Assembly: GCA_965204565.1 (NCBI GenBank)
Contig: CBDBEU010000005.1
Span: forward strand, 1,412,366 to 1,476,365
DNA length: 64,000 nt
Origin: Hyphomicrobiales bacterium
GTDB lineage: Bacteria > Pseudomonadota > Alphaproteobacteria > Rhizobiales > TMED25
Reading direction: 5' to 3'
Shown piece by piece: positions 46,973 through 56,943 of this stretch. The notes beneath the pieces were generated by a model. It saw only the letters and a list, made by a program, of their open reading frames with translations. It did not search any database and was not told where the DNA came from. The first letter of the stretch is position 1; each line of letters opens with the position of its first letter. The position numbers were made by a program, and so were the translations under genes.

Positions 46973-49900
46973 CCATCACCCCCAACACCGCCGAGCTCTA
47001 CAGCTCCCACATCCCCGCACTTGCCACGCTGGTCTCGCTGGGCTGGGACTATCTCCCGCCCGAGGACTGCCTCGCGGCGCGCGGCGGCAATCAGGGGGTG
47101 GTGCTGCGCGATGTGCTGGTCGAGCAACTGCGGCGGCGAACTTTCGAGTACAAGGGGCGGAGCTGTCCGCTCTCGACCAATGCGATCGACCAGATCGTTC
47201 GCGAGCTGACCTCGCCCGCTCTCAACGAAGGGCTGATCGCCGCCAACGAGAAGCTCTACAACGCCATCACGCTGGGCATCACCGTCACCGAATTCGTCGA
47301 CGGCAGGAAGCACAGCGTCACCGTGCCGATTATCGACTGGGCGCATCCGCCGGCGAACAGCTTTATCGTCAGCGAGGAGATGGAAGTGCTGGCCGTGCCG
47401 GGCACGCATACGCGGCGGCCCGATATTGTCGGCTTCGTCAACGGCATTCCGCTGCTGGTGATCGAGGCCAAGCGGCCCGACAGCGGCAACCCAGACAAGT
47501 CGACGGTGGATGAAGGCATCAGCCAGACGATCCGCAATCAGGGGCAGGAGGAAATCCCGCATTTGTTCGCCCATGCGCATCTGCTGTTGTCCATCGGCAT
47601 GACCGACGGCCGTTACGGCACCACCAGGACCCCGCGCAAATTCTGGTCGCAATGGCGTGAGGAGGAATTTTCGGAAGACCATTTCCGCCGGATCAAGAAC
47701 GCGGCGCGAGCGACCGATCCGCGCGCTGCCATCCTGAAGAACCACATCAGCGAGGTGCGCGATCACGTCCAGCACCTGTGGAGCGACGAGCAGGCGGTGA
47801 CCGCGCAGGATCGCCTGCTGATCGGCCTCTGCTCGCCGAAGCGATTGCTGGAATTCGTTCGGTCTTATGTCCTGTTCGACCGCAAGGTGGACAAGATCGT
47901 CGCCCGCCATCAGCAGTTCTTCGGTATCCGTGCGCTGCTGGATCAGATCAGCCGGATCAGGCCGGACGGAGCGCGAGAGGGCGGGGTCATCTGGCACACC
48001 ACCGGTTCTGGCAAGAGCTTCACAATGGTGATGCTGTGCAAGGCACTATTAATTCATGAGAAGTTGAAAGCGTGCCGTCTGGTGGCGGTCACGGACAGGC
48101 GCAATCTGGAAAAGCAGCTGGCCGGGAATTTCCAGACCGGCGGCGCATTAGGCTCTGATGTCGGCTCAAGAAACGCCTCGAAGGCCAAAGCGCAATCTGG
48201 ACGCGACCTGGCCAAACTTATCGGCAAGGGCGTCGAGCGCATCATCTTCACCATCATCAACAAGTTTGGCAGTGCCGCTCGCTATCCGGAGTGCAGGAAT
48301 GACACTGCAGACATGATTGTCTTGGTCGACGAGGGGCACAGGAGCCAGGGCGGCGAGAATCACGAGCGGATGCGCAAAGCGCTGCCCAATGCCGCCTATG
48401 TCGCCTTCACCGGCACGCCTTTGCTGAAGGACGACAAGACCGCAAACAGGTTTGGTCGCATCGTTCACGCATATACAATGAAGGACGCGGTTTCCGACGG
48501 AACCGTAACGCCGATTCTATATGAAGAGCGAAAGCCGATTCTCGCCGTCAATGAGCAAGCAACCGACAACTGGTTTGAGAAGGTCACTGGCGGTCTGTCC
48601 GACGAGCAGAAAAGCGATCTCAAAAAGAAGTTCGGCACCAAGGGAGCGGTTTATGGTTCAGACGACCGGATCGCCCTTATCGCGCTCGATATTGCCACCC
48701 ACTTCAAGGAGAATTTCAAGGACCTCGACCCTGGTCTGAAGGGGCAGCTTGCGACCGACTCAAAGCGGTCTGCCATCCGTTATAAAAAGGCGCTCGATGC
48801 GACCGGGCTGGTAAGCAGCGCCATCGTGATTTCGCCGCCCGATACGCGCGAAGGCCATTCGGAGGTCGATGCGGCAGAACTTCCGGAAGTTCAGCAGTGG
48901 TGGAAGGAGAACGTCAAGGGAGATGCCGAAGACTACGAGCGCCGGGTTATTGAAGACTTCTCCACTGAAGGCCGTCCCGATATCTTAATCGTCGTCGATA
49001 AACTGCTCACCGGCTTTGATGAGCCACGCAACGCTGTCCTTTACATCGACAAGAAGCTTGAGCAGCATAATTTGATCCAGGCAATCGCCCGCGTGAACCG
49101 GTTGCATGAGCAGAAAAAATACGGCCTTCTCATTGACTATCGTGGCATCCTGAAGGCTTTGGACACCGCGCTTACCGAATATCAAGACCTCGCGGATCGG
49201 ACTCAAGGAGGTTTTGATCTCAAGGATATAGACGAGCTCTACGCCGATGTCAGCACCGAGTATAAGCGCCTGCCAAAACTTCATGCCGAACTCCGGGCGA
49301 TCTTCAATCCTGTCAAAAACAGGGTCGACATTGAGCAGTACAGACAGTTAATGGTGCCAAATATCCGCGAAACGGATGACGGAACTCCAGTCGATCAAAA
49401 TCAGAAGATTAGAGAAGACTTCTACGAAGCTCTTACTGCCTACGGCATGTGTCTCAAGATCGCCCTCGGATCGCGCTCATTCTTTGAGGACTTGTCGACA
49501 AGCGAGGCCCGGATCGCGGAATACAAGCGCGACCTGAAGTTCTTCACCAGCCTGCGAAAAATCGTAAGGCAGGACGCTCAGGAAACGGTCGACTATAGCG
49601 CATATGAGGATCAGATCAGTCGCCTGGTCGATCGCTATGTCGCAGGTGAAGACGTTGAGAACGTCGATGGCGTATTGATCGTCAACGACCTCGGGAAGCA
49701 GGAGCCTGCGGAGTCCTGGTCAGCGGAAAAGACGCGCAATGAAACAGATATCATCCGCTCCCGTATGCGCAAGACGATAGAACAGGAACTTGCTGATGAT
49801 CCCTATGCGCAGCGATTCTTCTCTGATCTTCTGAAGCGCGCAATCGCGGAAGCGTCAGCGCTATTCGACCACCCCTATAAGCAGTATGTCTTGTTCAGGG

Positions 49901-50253
49901 ATCTGGAACAAAAGCTCGCGTCAAAGCGCATCGACGACATACCGGACGAGTTGGAAGGGCGCTCCCATGCAAGTGCATATTTCGGTATCATTCGCCTCGA
50001 AATAGCGGACGATATTGCGATTAAAGAACAGCGCAAAGCGCTCGTTGAGGCCTCTCTCGATATGGAAAAGGCCGTCGAACAGGCGATTGCTGAGAATTCG
50101 CTCAATACTGCCAACATCGAGGCGGCAATTCGCAAGGCTTTACTGCCCCGCCTATTCAGCCTGGTCGGCTTGGACAAAGCGAAAATCATCACCGAGCGGA
50201 TCGTTGAAATAACACGCACAGGACTCGCGCGCGGCAGTTCCAAACGACCATGA
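46969..50253 (+). CDS. hsdR: Type I RM restriction/translocase subunit
   Basis: 1094 aa; WHTTGSGKSFTMV (motif I), LVDEGHRSQ (DEAH-like motif II), FTGTP, helicase C-terminal domain. Apparent TTG start. Confidence 0.93.
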   Translation: MTITPNTAELYSSHIPALATLVSLGWDYLPPEDCLAARGGNQGVVLRDVLVEQLRRRTFEYKGRSCPLSTNAIDQIVRELTSPALNEGLIAANEKLYNAITLGITVTEFVDGRKHSVTVPIIDWAHPPANSFIVSEEMEVLAVPGTHTRRPDIVGFVNGIPLLVIEAKRPDSGNPDKSTVDEGISQTIRNQGQEEIPHLFAHAHLLLSIGMTDGRYGTTRTPRKFWSQWREEEFSEDHFRRIKNAARATDPRAAILKNHISEVRDHVQHLWSDEQAVTAQDRLLIGLCSPKRLLEFVRSYVLFDRKVDKIVARHQQFFGIRALLDQISRIRPDGAREGGVIWHTTGSGKSFTMVMLCKALLIHEKLKACRLVAVTDRRNLEKQLAGNFQTGGALGSDVGSRNASKAKAQSGRDLAKLIGKGVERIIFTIINKFGSAARYPECRNDTADMIVLVDEGHRSQGGENHERMRKALPNAAYVAFTGTPLLKDDKTANRFGRIVHAYTMKDAVSDGTVTPILYEERKPILAVNEQATDNWFEKVTGGLSDEQKSDLKKKFGTKGAVYGSDDRIALIALDIATHFKENFKDLDPGLKGQLATDSKRSAIRYKKALDATGLVSSAIVISPPDTREGHSEVDAAELPEVQQWWKENVKGDAEDYERRVIEDFSTEGRPDILIVVDKLLTGFDEPRNAVLYIDKKLEQHNLIQAIARVNRLHEQKKYGLLIDYRGILKALDTALTEYQDLADRTQGGFDLKDIDELYADVSTEYKRLPKLHAELRAIFNPVKNRVDIEQYRQLMVPNIRETDDGTPVDQNQKIREDFYEALTAYGMCLKIALGSRSFFEDLSTSEARIAEYKRDLKFFTSLRKIVRQDAQETVDYSAYEDQISRLVDRYVAGEDVENVDGVLIVNDLGKQEPAESWSAEKTRNETDIIRSRMRKTIEQELADDPYAQRFFSDLLKRAIAEASALFDHPYKQYVLFRDLEQKLASKRIDDIPDELEGRSHASAYFGIIRLEIADDIAIKEQRKALVEASLDMEKAVEQAIAENSLNTANIEAAIRKALLPRLFSLVGLDKAKIITERIVEITRTGLARGSSKRP

Positions 50254-50975
50254 TTGTGCACTACGGAAATGACGAAGTGACCTGTCGGATCAGCCGAAAT
50301 TCAGCACTTGCCGGTCGCGTTCGCATCCACGTTCTCCCGGATGGTGAAGTTGAGATCGAAGCGCCGGAAACTGAGTCAATCTCTAGCATTGCGTTTGCGG
50401 CGCAAAAGAAGGCGGGATGGATTTTTCGGCACCGTGTGAAGGCGCTTGCTGCTCAAAAACATGCCAAGCCGAGAGAGTTCGTAAGCGGTGAAACCCATTT
50501 CTATCTTGGACGCCGCTACAAGCTTGTCGTGCACGAGAAAGCGGGAACGCCTTCCAGTGTAAAGCTCTTGCGGGGAAGGATTGAAGTTACACTTCCAGTC
50601 GCTGATCCAGCGGCTGTTAGACGACGTTTGGGTGCCTGGTATTCCGAGCGTGCTTCCGCGTATCTAGGGGCGAAATTGCAAGAGATCGCAGCAAGAATTT
50701 CGTGGATTAAGGGGGAGCCCCGATTCAAGTTGATACGAATGCAAACGCAATGGGGGAGCTGCTCGCCAGAGGGAGTCATTTATCTCAACCCTGCACTTGT
50801 GAGGGTGCCCAGGCACTGCATCGAATACGTGATTGTTCATGAACTTTGTCACCTATGCGAGCACAATCACAGCAAGCGCTTCTACGAGCTTCTCGATCGA
50901 AGCGTTCCTAGATGGAGATCAACAAAATGCGAGTTGGATGAGCTTGCCGAGCTTGTTTTGGCAGGCAATTTTTGA
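50250..50975 (+). CDS. DUF45 / YgjP-like M48-family zinc metallopeptidase coupled to hsdR
   Basis: 241 aa; QWGSCSPEGVIYLNPAL...YVIVHELCHLCEHNHSKRFY (HExxH). The ATG overlaps the hsdR stop (ATGA). Confidence 0.85.
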   Translation: MIVHYGNDEVTCRISRNSALAGRVRIHVLPDGEVEIEAPETESISSIAFAAQKKAGWIFRHRVKALAAQKHAKPREFVSGETHFYLGRRYKLVVHEKAGTPSSVKLLRGRIEVTLPVADPAAVRRRLGAWYSERASAYLGAKLQEIAARISWIKGEPRFKLIRMQTQWGSCSPEGVIYLNPALVRVPRHCIEYVIVHELCHLCEHNHSKRFYELLDRSVPRWRSTKCELDELAELVLAGNF

Positions 50976-51185
50976 CAGCTCATTCGAGGTGGAAAATGGA
51001 AGGATCGGACACCGCAGTCTGCCTTAACGAAATGGCCATTTGTTACCGGACCGGTCCCCATTGAGAACAAACTTCCGTTCTCGCCTCTTCACCTCAAGCC
51101 CGGTTCGGGCTAGGAAACCCGCGTGAAACCAAGGCCTTTGCCGTCATTGAACGGCCGGGGCAGTGGTGGATCAGACCATGCATAT

Positions 51186-51434
51186 ATGGGGAACAACTTC
51201 GTGCATACTGTATTGGGGAACATGCGCAAACGCTCGGTTCGGGTCGCAGGCCACCCCACCAGCGTCTCGCTGGAAGACGAATTCTGGGACGCGCTCAACG
51301 AGATTGCGCGCCAAAGGCAAACCAGCATGACAAGACTGATCGGCGAGATCGATGCCAAACGCGCTGGTACCGGCTTGTCCTCGGCAATCAGGATTTATGT
51401 GCTCAAATGCGTTCGCACAGCCGCAAACGGCTGA
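51186..51434 (+). CDS. Ribbon-helix-helix domain protein (COG4321-like)
   Basis: RSVRVAGHPTSVSLEDEFWDALNEIARQRQTSMTRLIGEID...LSSAIRIYVL. The start is uncertain (track ORF begins at 51123). Confidence 0.6.
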   Translation: MGNNFVHTVLGNMRKRSVRVAGHPTSVSLEDEFWDALNEIARQRQTSMTRLIGEIDAKRAGTGLSSAIRIYVLKCVRTAANG

Positions 51435-51444
51435 GGGCACCGGC

Positions 51445-54400
51445 TCACCCGGCGCCGTCATCGATCACCGAAGGTGCCGATTGTTCGAGGATCGGCAGAT
51501 CAATGATCTGCTGATCAATCAGCCCGACAGGCGGCACCTCGCCTATCGCGGGCCGGTCGGGCAAACTGCCCTCCACCCCGGCATTGTCCCCAACTCCTTC
51601 GCCGGTGTCGGTCGCCGTCGGTTCGACCCTGACCCATTCATCGACCGGGTCTGGCGGCGGCAGTGCATAGTCGTCGAGCGGCTCACTCCAGCGCACTGTA
51701 CCCAGATCTGGCACATTGGTGATTTCCACCTCGCGATCGACATCTCCGAACAACCCGGCATGTACAAGAAAGACTTCCGGTCCGGCCCCGCCCTTTTGTT
51801 GCAGAACCAGTTCCTGATCGATCCGCCGGCCGGGCAACTCGATAAAGCTCGTCACTTCACCGGTAAGGTGTTCGGCTTCGAGTTTGGCCGGTCCGAATTT
51901 AAGCCGCCCATTGGCAGCCTCGAACCTGCCCGATACCGGCTCAAGCTCCGTTGTAGCCGTGCGCCCTGCAAGAAGAGCTGCATCGAAGACTGATTGATCA
52001 TCGGTGATCGTGGCAATATCAAACAGCGTTGCTGCATCAAACCGTGTCACCTTTGGCTCGGCGACGGCAAAGGTGCCGGTTCCTTCAAGCGAAGCAACCA
52101 GGCTGAGAAGACTGCGTCCACCTGCGGAGAAATCGCTTTCAAAATTGGCCCGCCCGCCAGCAAGTCCACGGCCCTTACCATCGACAATGACACGCTCCAG
52201 CGAAATGCCGCGCAGTTCAATTTCGCCTTCAACCTGCAGGCTCTGATCCACGACCCCGGCTTGCCCGCTGACCGCCAGGGTGCCGTCACCCAATCGGCCA
52301 TCTAGGCGCGTGACATGCAAACTGCCACTGGAGACCGCAAGAGCGAATTCCGCATCGTGCAGTTTCATGGCGGGACCTAGATACAGCCGCTCCGTCTTGC
52401 CGGACACGGATAGCTCCGTGCCATCGAAAACCCGGGTATCGATCAATTCGGTCGGCCATGCCGCAACCAGTGATGCCTGCGCAGTTTTCTCATCGCTCGC
52501 GACAGAATCTTTTGCAAAAACTGCAGACGCAATCCATGGCAGCGAAAGCCGAGAGCTCTCAAACTCGAGATCGATCTTGCGTGGAGCACCATCCGCAATT
52601 GCCGCGGTGCCGGCGACCCGCGCGCCAGCAACAATGCCTTCCTCCAACTCGATTGTCAGCCGATCCGTGGTACCTTCGACAATCGCATCCACGCGGATCG
52701 GCGCCACCGCGGCAATGTCCGGAACACCGAGGCCAAGGGCCACGGCAACCGGTCCGAATTGGTCGGCACCAAGGGAGAGTTTCGCACGCGCCTGGTCGCC
52801 GCCGTCAATATGCCCGTCACCCTTCAGAATTCCGCCAAAAGCTTCCGCCAGCAACACAAACTCAAGCTTGTCCGATAGCCGGCCTTCGCCGGTGACGCTC
52901 ACCCGGCCGGCACCGCTCTCCTGCACCTTGACGGTGAGTGGCAGCAGGCCACCGGGCCCAATGATGCGTGCTGCTTCACTTGCCTCAATATTCACCGCCA
53001 GCTTCAACGCACCATCGGTAAAATCCGCCAATGGAGCATCGGAACTGGCACTGATCTCCACAGATGTGCCTGCAATCTCACCGAATGCGGAAATCTCGAC
53101 TGTGCTGCCTTGATCGCTGGGCACATTGTCAATCGACAGCACCAGATCGACTTCACGCAAGGAGGGTGAAACGCCCATGAACCTGGGAGCGTCGATATCG
53201 AATACGCGCAACAGCGAAGACAAATCGAGAGCTTCCAGCCCTATCTGCACTGCGCCCAAAGGCCCATCAGGTGATGGCCGCACATGACCTTCGGCTGAAA
53301 TTGTTGCCCCGGCAAAGCGGCCGATATTAAATCCCACAATATCGATACCGCCATCGTCTGAAATCAGACCGACTTCCACGCCCTTGGCTTCACGTCCGCG
53401 CCATGTCACGCGCTTGGCACGCGCGTCAATAACAATTTCCCAATCCGTGGTTACTGAGAGTTGCGGATCGGCAAGCCGCGAGAACAAATCAGCGGGCTTT
53501 GCATCAGCGGGCAGATATCGATCAAGCGCGATGAGATCGAAAGCAAGATCGGTGCGTCCACGCGGTCGTTCCTCCTCGAACTCAACCAGGAACGATCCGG
53601 AAAAAGGGTTGCCATCCGCAAAACCATCGACCGCATCAAGTGTCAGCGACGTCTCGTCTGCGCTCAGCTTTCCGCTGATCGAATAATTTCCGCGTGAGCG
53701 TCCTAAAACATCGCCAAGCCCGTCCCCGTGCCCGGGCGCAACCCACCGCACCAGCCGGCCGGCTTCCAGCGTCTCGGCAACCAGATTGCCTTCAAATCGC
53801 GGCGCCCCGGCGAGATCGATCTTTCCGCTCAAGCTGACATTGGTTTCTCCGGGCAGCGAGCTTCGCAAATTGATTATGGCGACGGTGCCGGGTGAGATTT
53901 CGACGGCGGCTGAAATATCGCGCATCAATTCACCGCGCCAGGTTGCACCACCCACACCAAGCTGCAGCCGCCCGCCCACCTCATGCTCACTTGCAAAACG
54001 CGCCAGCAAAGCGCTCATGTCCCGGATTTCGCGCACCAGTGCATCGTTCTGCGAATTGCCGAGTATCGCATCGAGATCTATCTGGCGCGCATCGAGATCA
54101 GCGCTGAACCGCGGCGCACCCTCAAAGCTCGCCCGGCCTGTTCCGGCAAATGTCAGCGCCTGTGCACCATCCGCGGCCGTTAACTTCACATCAGCCAAAT
54201 CAGCCAAACCGGATGAAAGCTCAGCATCGGTCTCAAGGGTGATGCGACCGGGCTCACCTTCTTCAGACGATGCAAATTCCCGCTCGAGCTTCAAACGGCC
54301 TCGATAGCGCGGCGTTGCGGCGAGGACATCAAGCGATCCGTCAAAAGAAACCTCGCCAATATCAAAACCGATGCGGCCGGCGATCTTGACCGTACCGCCA

Positions 54401-55005
54401 TGATCAATCGTTCCGACCGAGCTTGTAAAAGCTGGACGCTCCACCCCTTCACCACGCGGGCCATAGCTTCCGTTGATCTTGTACGGCCCGGTCAGAGTCG
54501 AAGCGGTGATCTGCAGATCGACATCGGAGGCAGTCAGCGTGCCTTCGTCGAAAGGATGATCGAACACCAGCTTCGCATTCTGGGCTTCGATACGCCGCAG
54601 CACACCAGGCCTTGCCGGCGCCAGTTCGCGCTCACCGAAACTGACGATTCCTTCGAGCAATGGCCCGACCTGCAATTCAGGTGCGTCCAGGGCGAGTTCA
54701 CTGATTTCGATATTCCCGAGAACCAGAGCGCCAAGATCAAGATGAAGGTCCACCGATTGCGCGCTGACGATGGCCGCACCGCTCTCACTGCGGTGAACAC
54801 TCACTTCAGCAGCCCACAAGCGCGGCCTCGGCAGCACCCGCACTCTCAACTCGCCGCCCATCTTGACCGGGCGCCCGGCAAAACGGCTGGCCTCTGCCTC
54901 AATCAGCGTGCGGTATCCATTCCAGTCGACAAAATTCGGCCCGACCAGCGCCACCGTCAACGCTGTCACCAATACCAAGCCCAGCAATATCAGAAACGCC
55001 CTCAA
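51445..55005 (-). CDS. AsmA-family outer-membrane biogenesis protein (1186 aa)
   Basis: N-terminal anchor MRAFLILLGLVLVTALTVALVGPNFVDWNGYR, followed by a long beta-rich repetitive body. Typical of the AsmA/TamB-like family. Confidence 0.8.
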   Translation of the reverse strand: MRAFLILLGLVLVTALTVALVGPNFVDWNGYRTLIEAEASRFAGRPVKMGGELRVRVLPRPRLWAAEVSVHRSESGAAIVSAQSVDLHLDLGALVLGNIEISELALDAPELQVGPLLEGIVSFGERELAPARPGVLRRIEAQNAKLVFDHPFDEGTLTASDVDLQITASTLTGPYKINGSYGPRGEGVERPAFTSSVGTIDHGGTVKIAGRIGFDIGEVSFDGSLDVLAATPRYRGRLKLEREFASSEEGEPGRITLETDAELSSGLADLADVKLTAADGAQALTFAGTGRASFEGAPRFSADLDARQIDLDAILGNSQNDALVREIRDMSALLARFASEHEVGGRLQLGVGGATWRGELMRDISAAVEISPGTVAIINLRSSLPGETNVSLSGKIDLAGAPRFEGNLVAETLEAGRLVRWVAPGHGDGLGDVLGRSRGNYSISGKLSADETSLTLDAVDGFADGNPFSGSFLVEFEEERPRGRTDLAFDLIALDRYLPADAKPADLFSRLADPQLSVTTDWEIVIDARAKRVTWRGREAKGVEVGLISDDGGIDIVGFNIGRFAGATISAEGHVRPSPDGPLGAVQIGLEALDLSSLLRVFDIDAPRFMGVSPSLREVDLVLSIDNVPSDQGSTVEISAFGEIAGTSVEISASSDAPLADFTDGALKLAVNIEASEAARIIGPGGLLPLTVKVQESGAGRVSVTGEGRLSDKLEFVLLAEAFGGILKGDGHIDGGDQARAKLSLGADQFGPVAVALGLGVPDIAAVAPIRVDAIVEGTTDRLTIELEEGIVAGARVAGTAAIADGAPRKIDLEFESSRLSLPWIASAVFAKDSVASDEKTAQASLVAAWPTELIDTRVFDGTELSVSGKTERLYLGPAMKLHDAEFALAVSSGSLHVTRLDGRLGDGTLAVSGQAGVVDQSLQVEGEIELRGISLERVIVDGKGRGLAGGRANFESDFSAGGRSLLSLVASLEGTGTFAVAEPKVTRFDAATLFDIATITDDQSVFDAALLAGRTATTELEPVSGRFEAANGRLKFGPAKLEAEHLTGEVTSFIELPGRRIDQELVLQQKGGAGPEVFLVHAGLFGDVDREVEITNVPDLGTVRWSEPLDDYALPPPDPVDEWVRVEPTATDTGEGVGDNAGVEGSLPDRPAIGEVPPVGLIDQQIIDLPILEQSAPSVIDDGAG

Positions 55006-55360
55006 GAACGCAGCTCCTGACTGTTGGGCGAAAGGAGGAAGGCTTCACGACCGATCATGCGATAATTTGCCGTGCAGTCGAGACCGCCATGCCCGCCGCC
55101 ATTGGGGTGCCCCGGAACCACCGCGATCCGGCACCAGCACCCAATGTTTCTAGTTAGGCTCTATTGTCATAGAAGTCGACAGGCTCACGCAGAGCCCATC
55201 ACTCCATTGATCCGATTTCTCACAACAATGATCAACAAATCCGCATTTTTAAACCAGAAGCACTTTGCCCGCCCCGCCTGCGCTTTGACGTGTGCACGAA
55301 TCGCAGAGAAAGATGAGCTTGGTGCGCATCTTGAGATCGAAGCGACAACGGCACATTTGC

Positions 55361-56889
55361 ATGGCCGACATTTTCAATTATCTCACACGTCATACCGCTC
55401 ACACGGTGAAGCCCAATCTGCGCACTTTTCTGTCCTCTCGCCAGCCTGAACTATGGTTCATGGCGATCGGCATCGGTGTTGCCGGCATGGCGATTACATT
55501 TCGCGCCCTGATTGGCTGGATACAATTCAGTTGGCTTGGCACTTCCAGCGAAACCCTGATTGACTGGGTCCGCCTGCTTCCATTCTGGGCAGTCATTCTG
55601 GCTCCGACCGCCGGCGGTCTCGCGGTCGGTCTGCTGTTGACCTTATGCATTGCCCAATCGTCGTGCCGAAGCGGTCGCCGATGTGATCGAGGCAAAAGCA
55701 ATAAAAGGCGGCAGAATGGTGCTCAAGACGGGCCTTTGGAGCGCGTTGGTAACCGCCATTTCACTGGGATCGTGTGCCAGCGCCGGACGCGAGGGGCCGG
55801 TGGTGCATTTGGGCGCTACGCTCGGATCATGGTTCGCCGGACGCATCAAATTGCCTGCGGGCGCTACTCGCACCATGCTCGGCTGTGGCGTAGCGGCCGC
55901 GATTGCTGCCTCATTCAACGCCCCGATTGCAGGCGTCCTATTCGCCTTGGAAGTCATTCTCGGGCACTACGCGCTGTCGGCTTTTGTGACGATTGTGATT
56001 TCCTCCGTTGCTGCAACGCTGATCACCCGCATTCAGTTTGGTGACTATCCCGCTTTTGCGATTCCCGACTATTCGATCATGTCGTTTTATGAGTTCCCGG
56101 CCTTCGCGCTATTGGGCTTCGTGTGCGCTGCAACCGCAATCGCCTTTCAGTTTGCCCTGATCACCACCGACCGCGTGGCGAGGGGAATACCACTGCCGCT
56201 TTGGGCCCGGCCGGTCGTAGGAGACCTCATGGTCGGCACCATCGGGGTCTTCCTCCCCGACATTCTGGGCGTCGGCTATGCCGCGACCGCGATAACTCTG
56301 GCCAGCCGTTTCGGCGGCGGCGTGTTTTCACCCTCACTTTATATATCGCCATATCGCCGCCATGCTGTTTCCCGAGCAGTCATCGAGCCCTGGCCTTTAC
56401 GCACTAATCGGCATGGGCGGCGTTGCCGCTGCCGTGCTGGGCGCACCGATTTCGACGATTCTGATCGTGTTCGAACTGACCGGCGGATTTGACGTCGCGA
56501 TTGCGCTCATGCTGACGATTTCGATTTCGACCGGTCTCATCCAGGCGGTCTATGGCCGCAGTTTCTTTCATCTCCAGCTTGAAGGACGCGGCCTGGTGCT
56601 GACCGAAGGTGCCCACCGCACCATCATGTTCACGCTTGCGGTGCGAGACTTCATGCACCATGTCAGTTCCGACAAGCCAACCGCGATCGCGTCCGATAGA
56701 GACCCGCGTCTGACGCAAAGCGATACGCTGGAAACGGCGCTGCGCCTGTTTGACACCACTGGTCAGGAACGTTTGCCAGTAGTGGCTGAGCATAATGCCG
56801 ATGAGGTGATTGGCGGGGCAACCCATGTCGCTGCCCTCGATCGCTTCAACAAGGGATTGATCGACGCCAATGTTGAAGAACATCGTTAG
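55361..56889 (+). pseudogene. ClC-type voltage-gated chloride channel with C-terminal CBS pair, multiply disrupted
   Basis: Three frames (55292.., 55650.., 56362..). There is a +1 shift near 55645. GREGPVVHLGA and GVLFALEV motifs are present. An apparent in-frame deletion at GVGYAAT-AITLASRFGGGVFSPSL. An 8-bp tandem duplication atatcgcc x2 (56343-58) shifts the frame before MLFPE...GMGGVAAAVLGAPIST. Confidence 0.8.
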
Positions 56890-56943
56890 GCGCCGGCCAA
56901 CTCGGCCCTATCGCCACGCCCACGAATCCCTATAGTCGGGCAT

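Noticed and set aside
51994-54307. Numerous 60-277-aa plus-strand ORFs (for example 52280..53113 and 53786..54307)
   Set aside because: All are antisense to the single 1186-aa AsmA-family gene, which has a coherent N-terminal anchor and repetitive beta-rich body. Their translations are Ser/Pro/Arg-rich.
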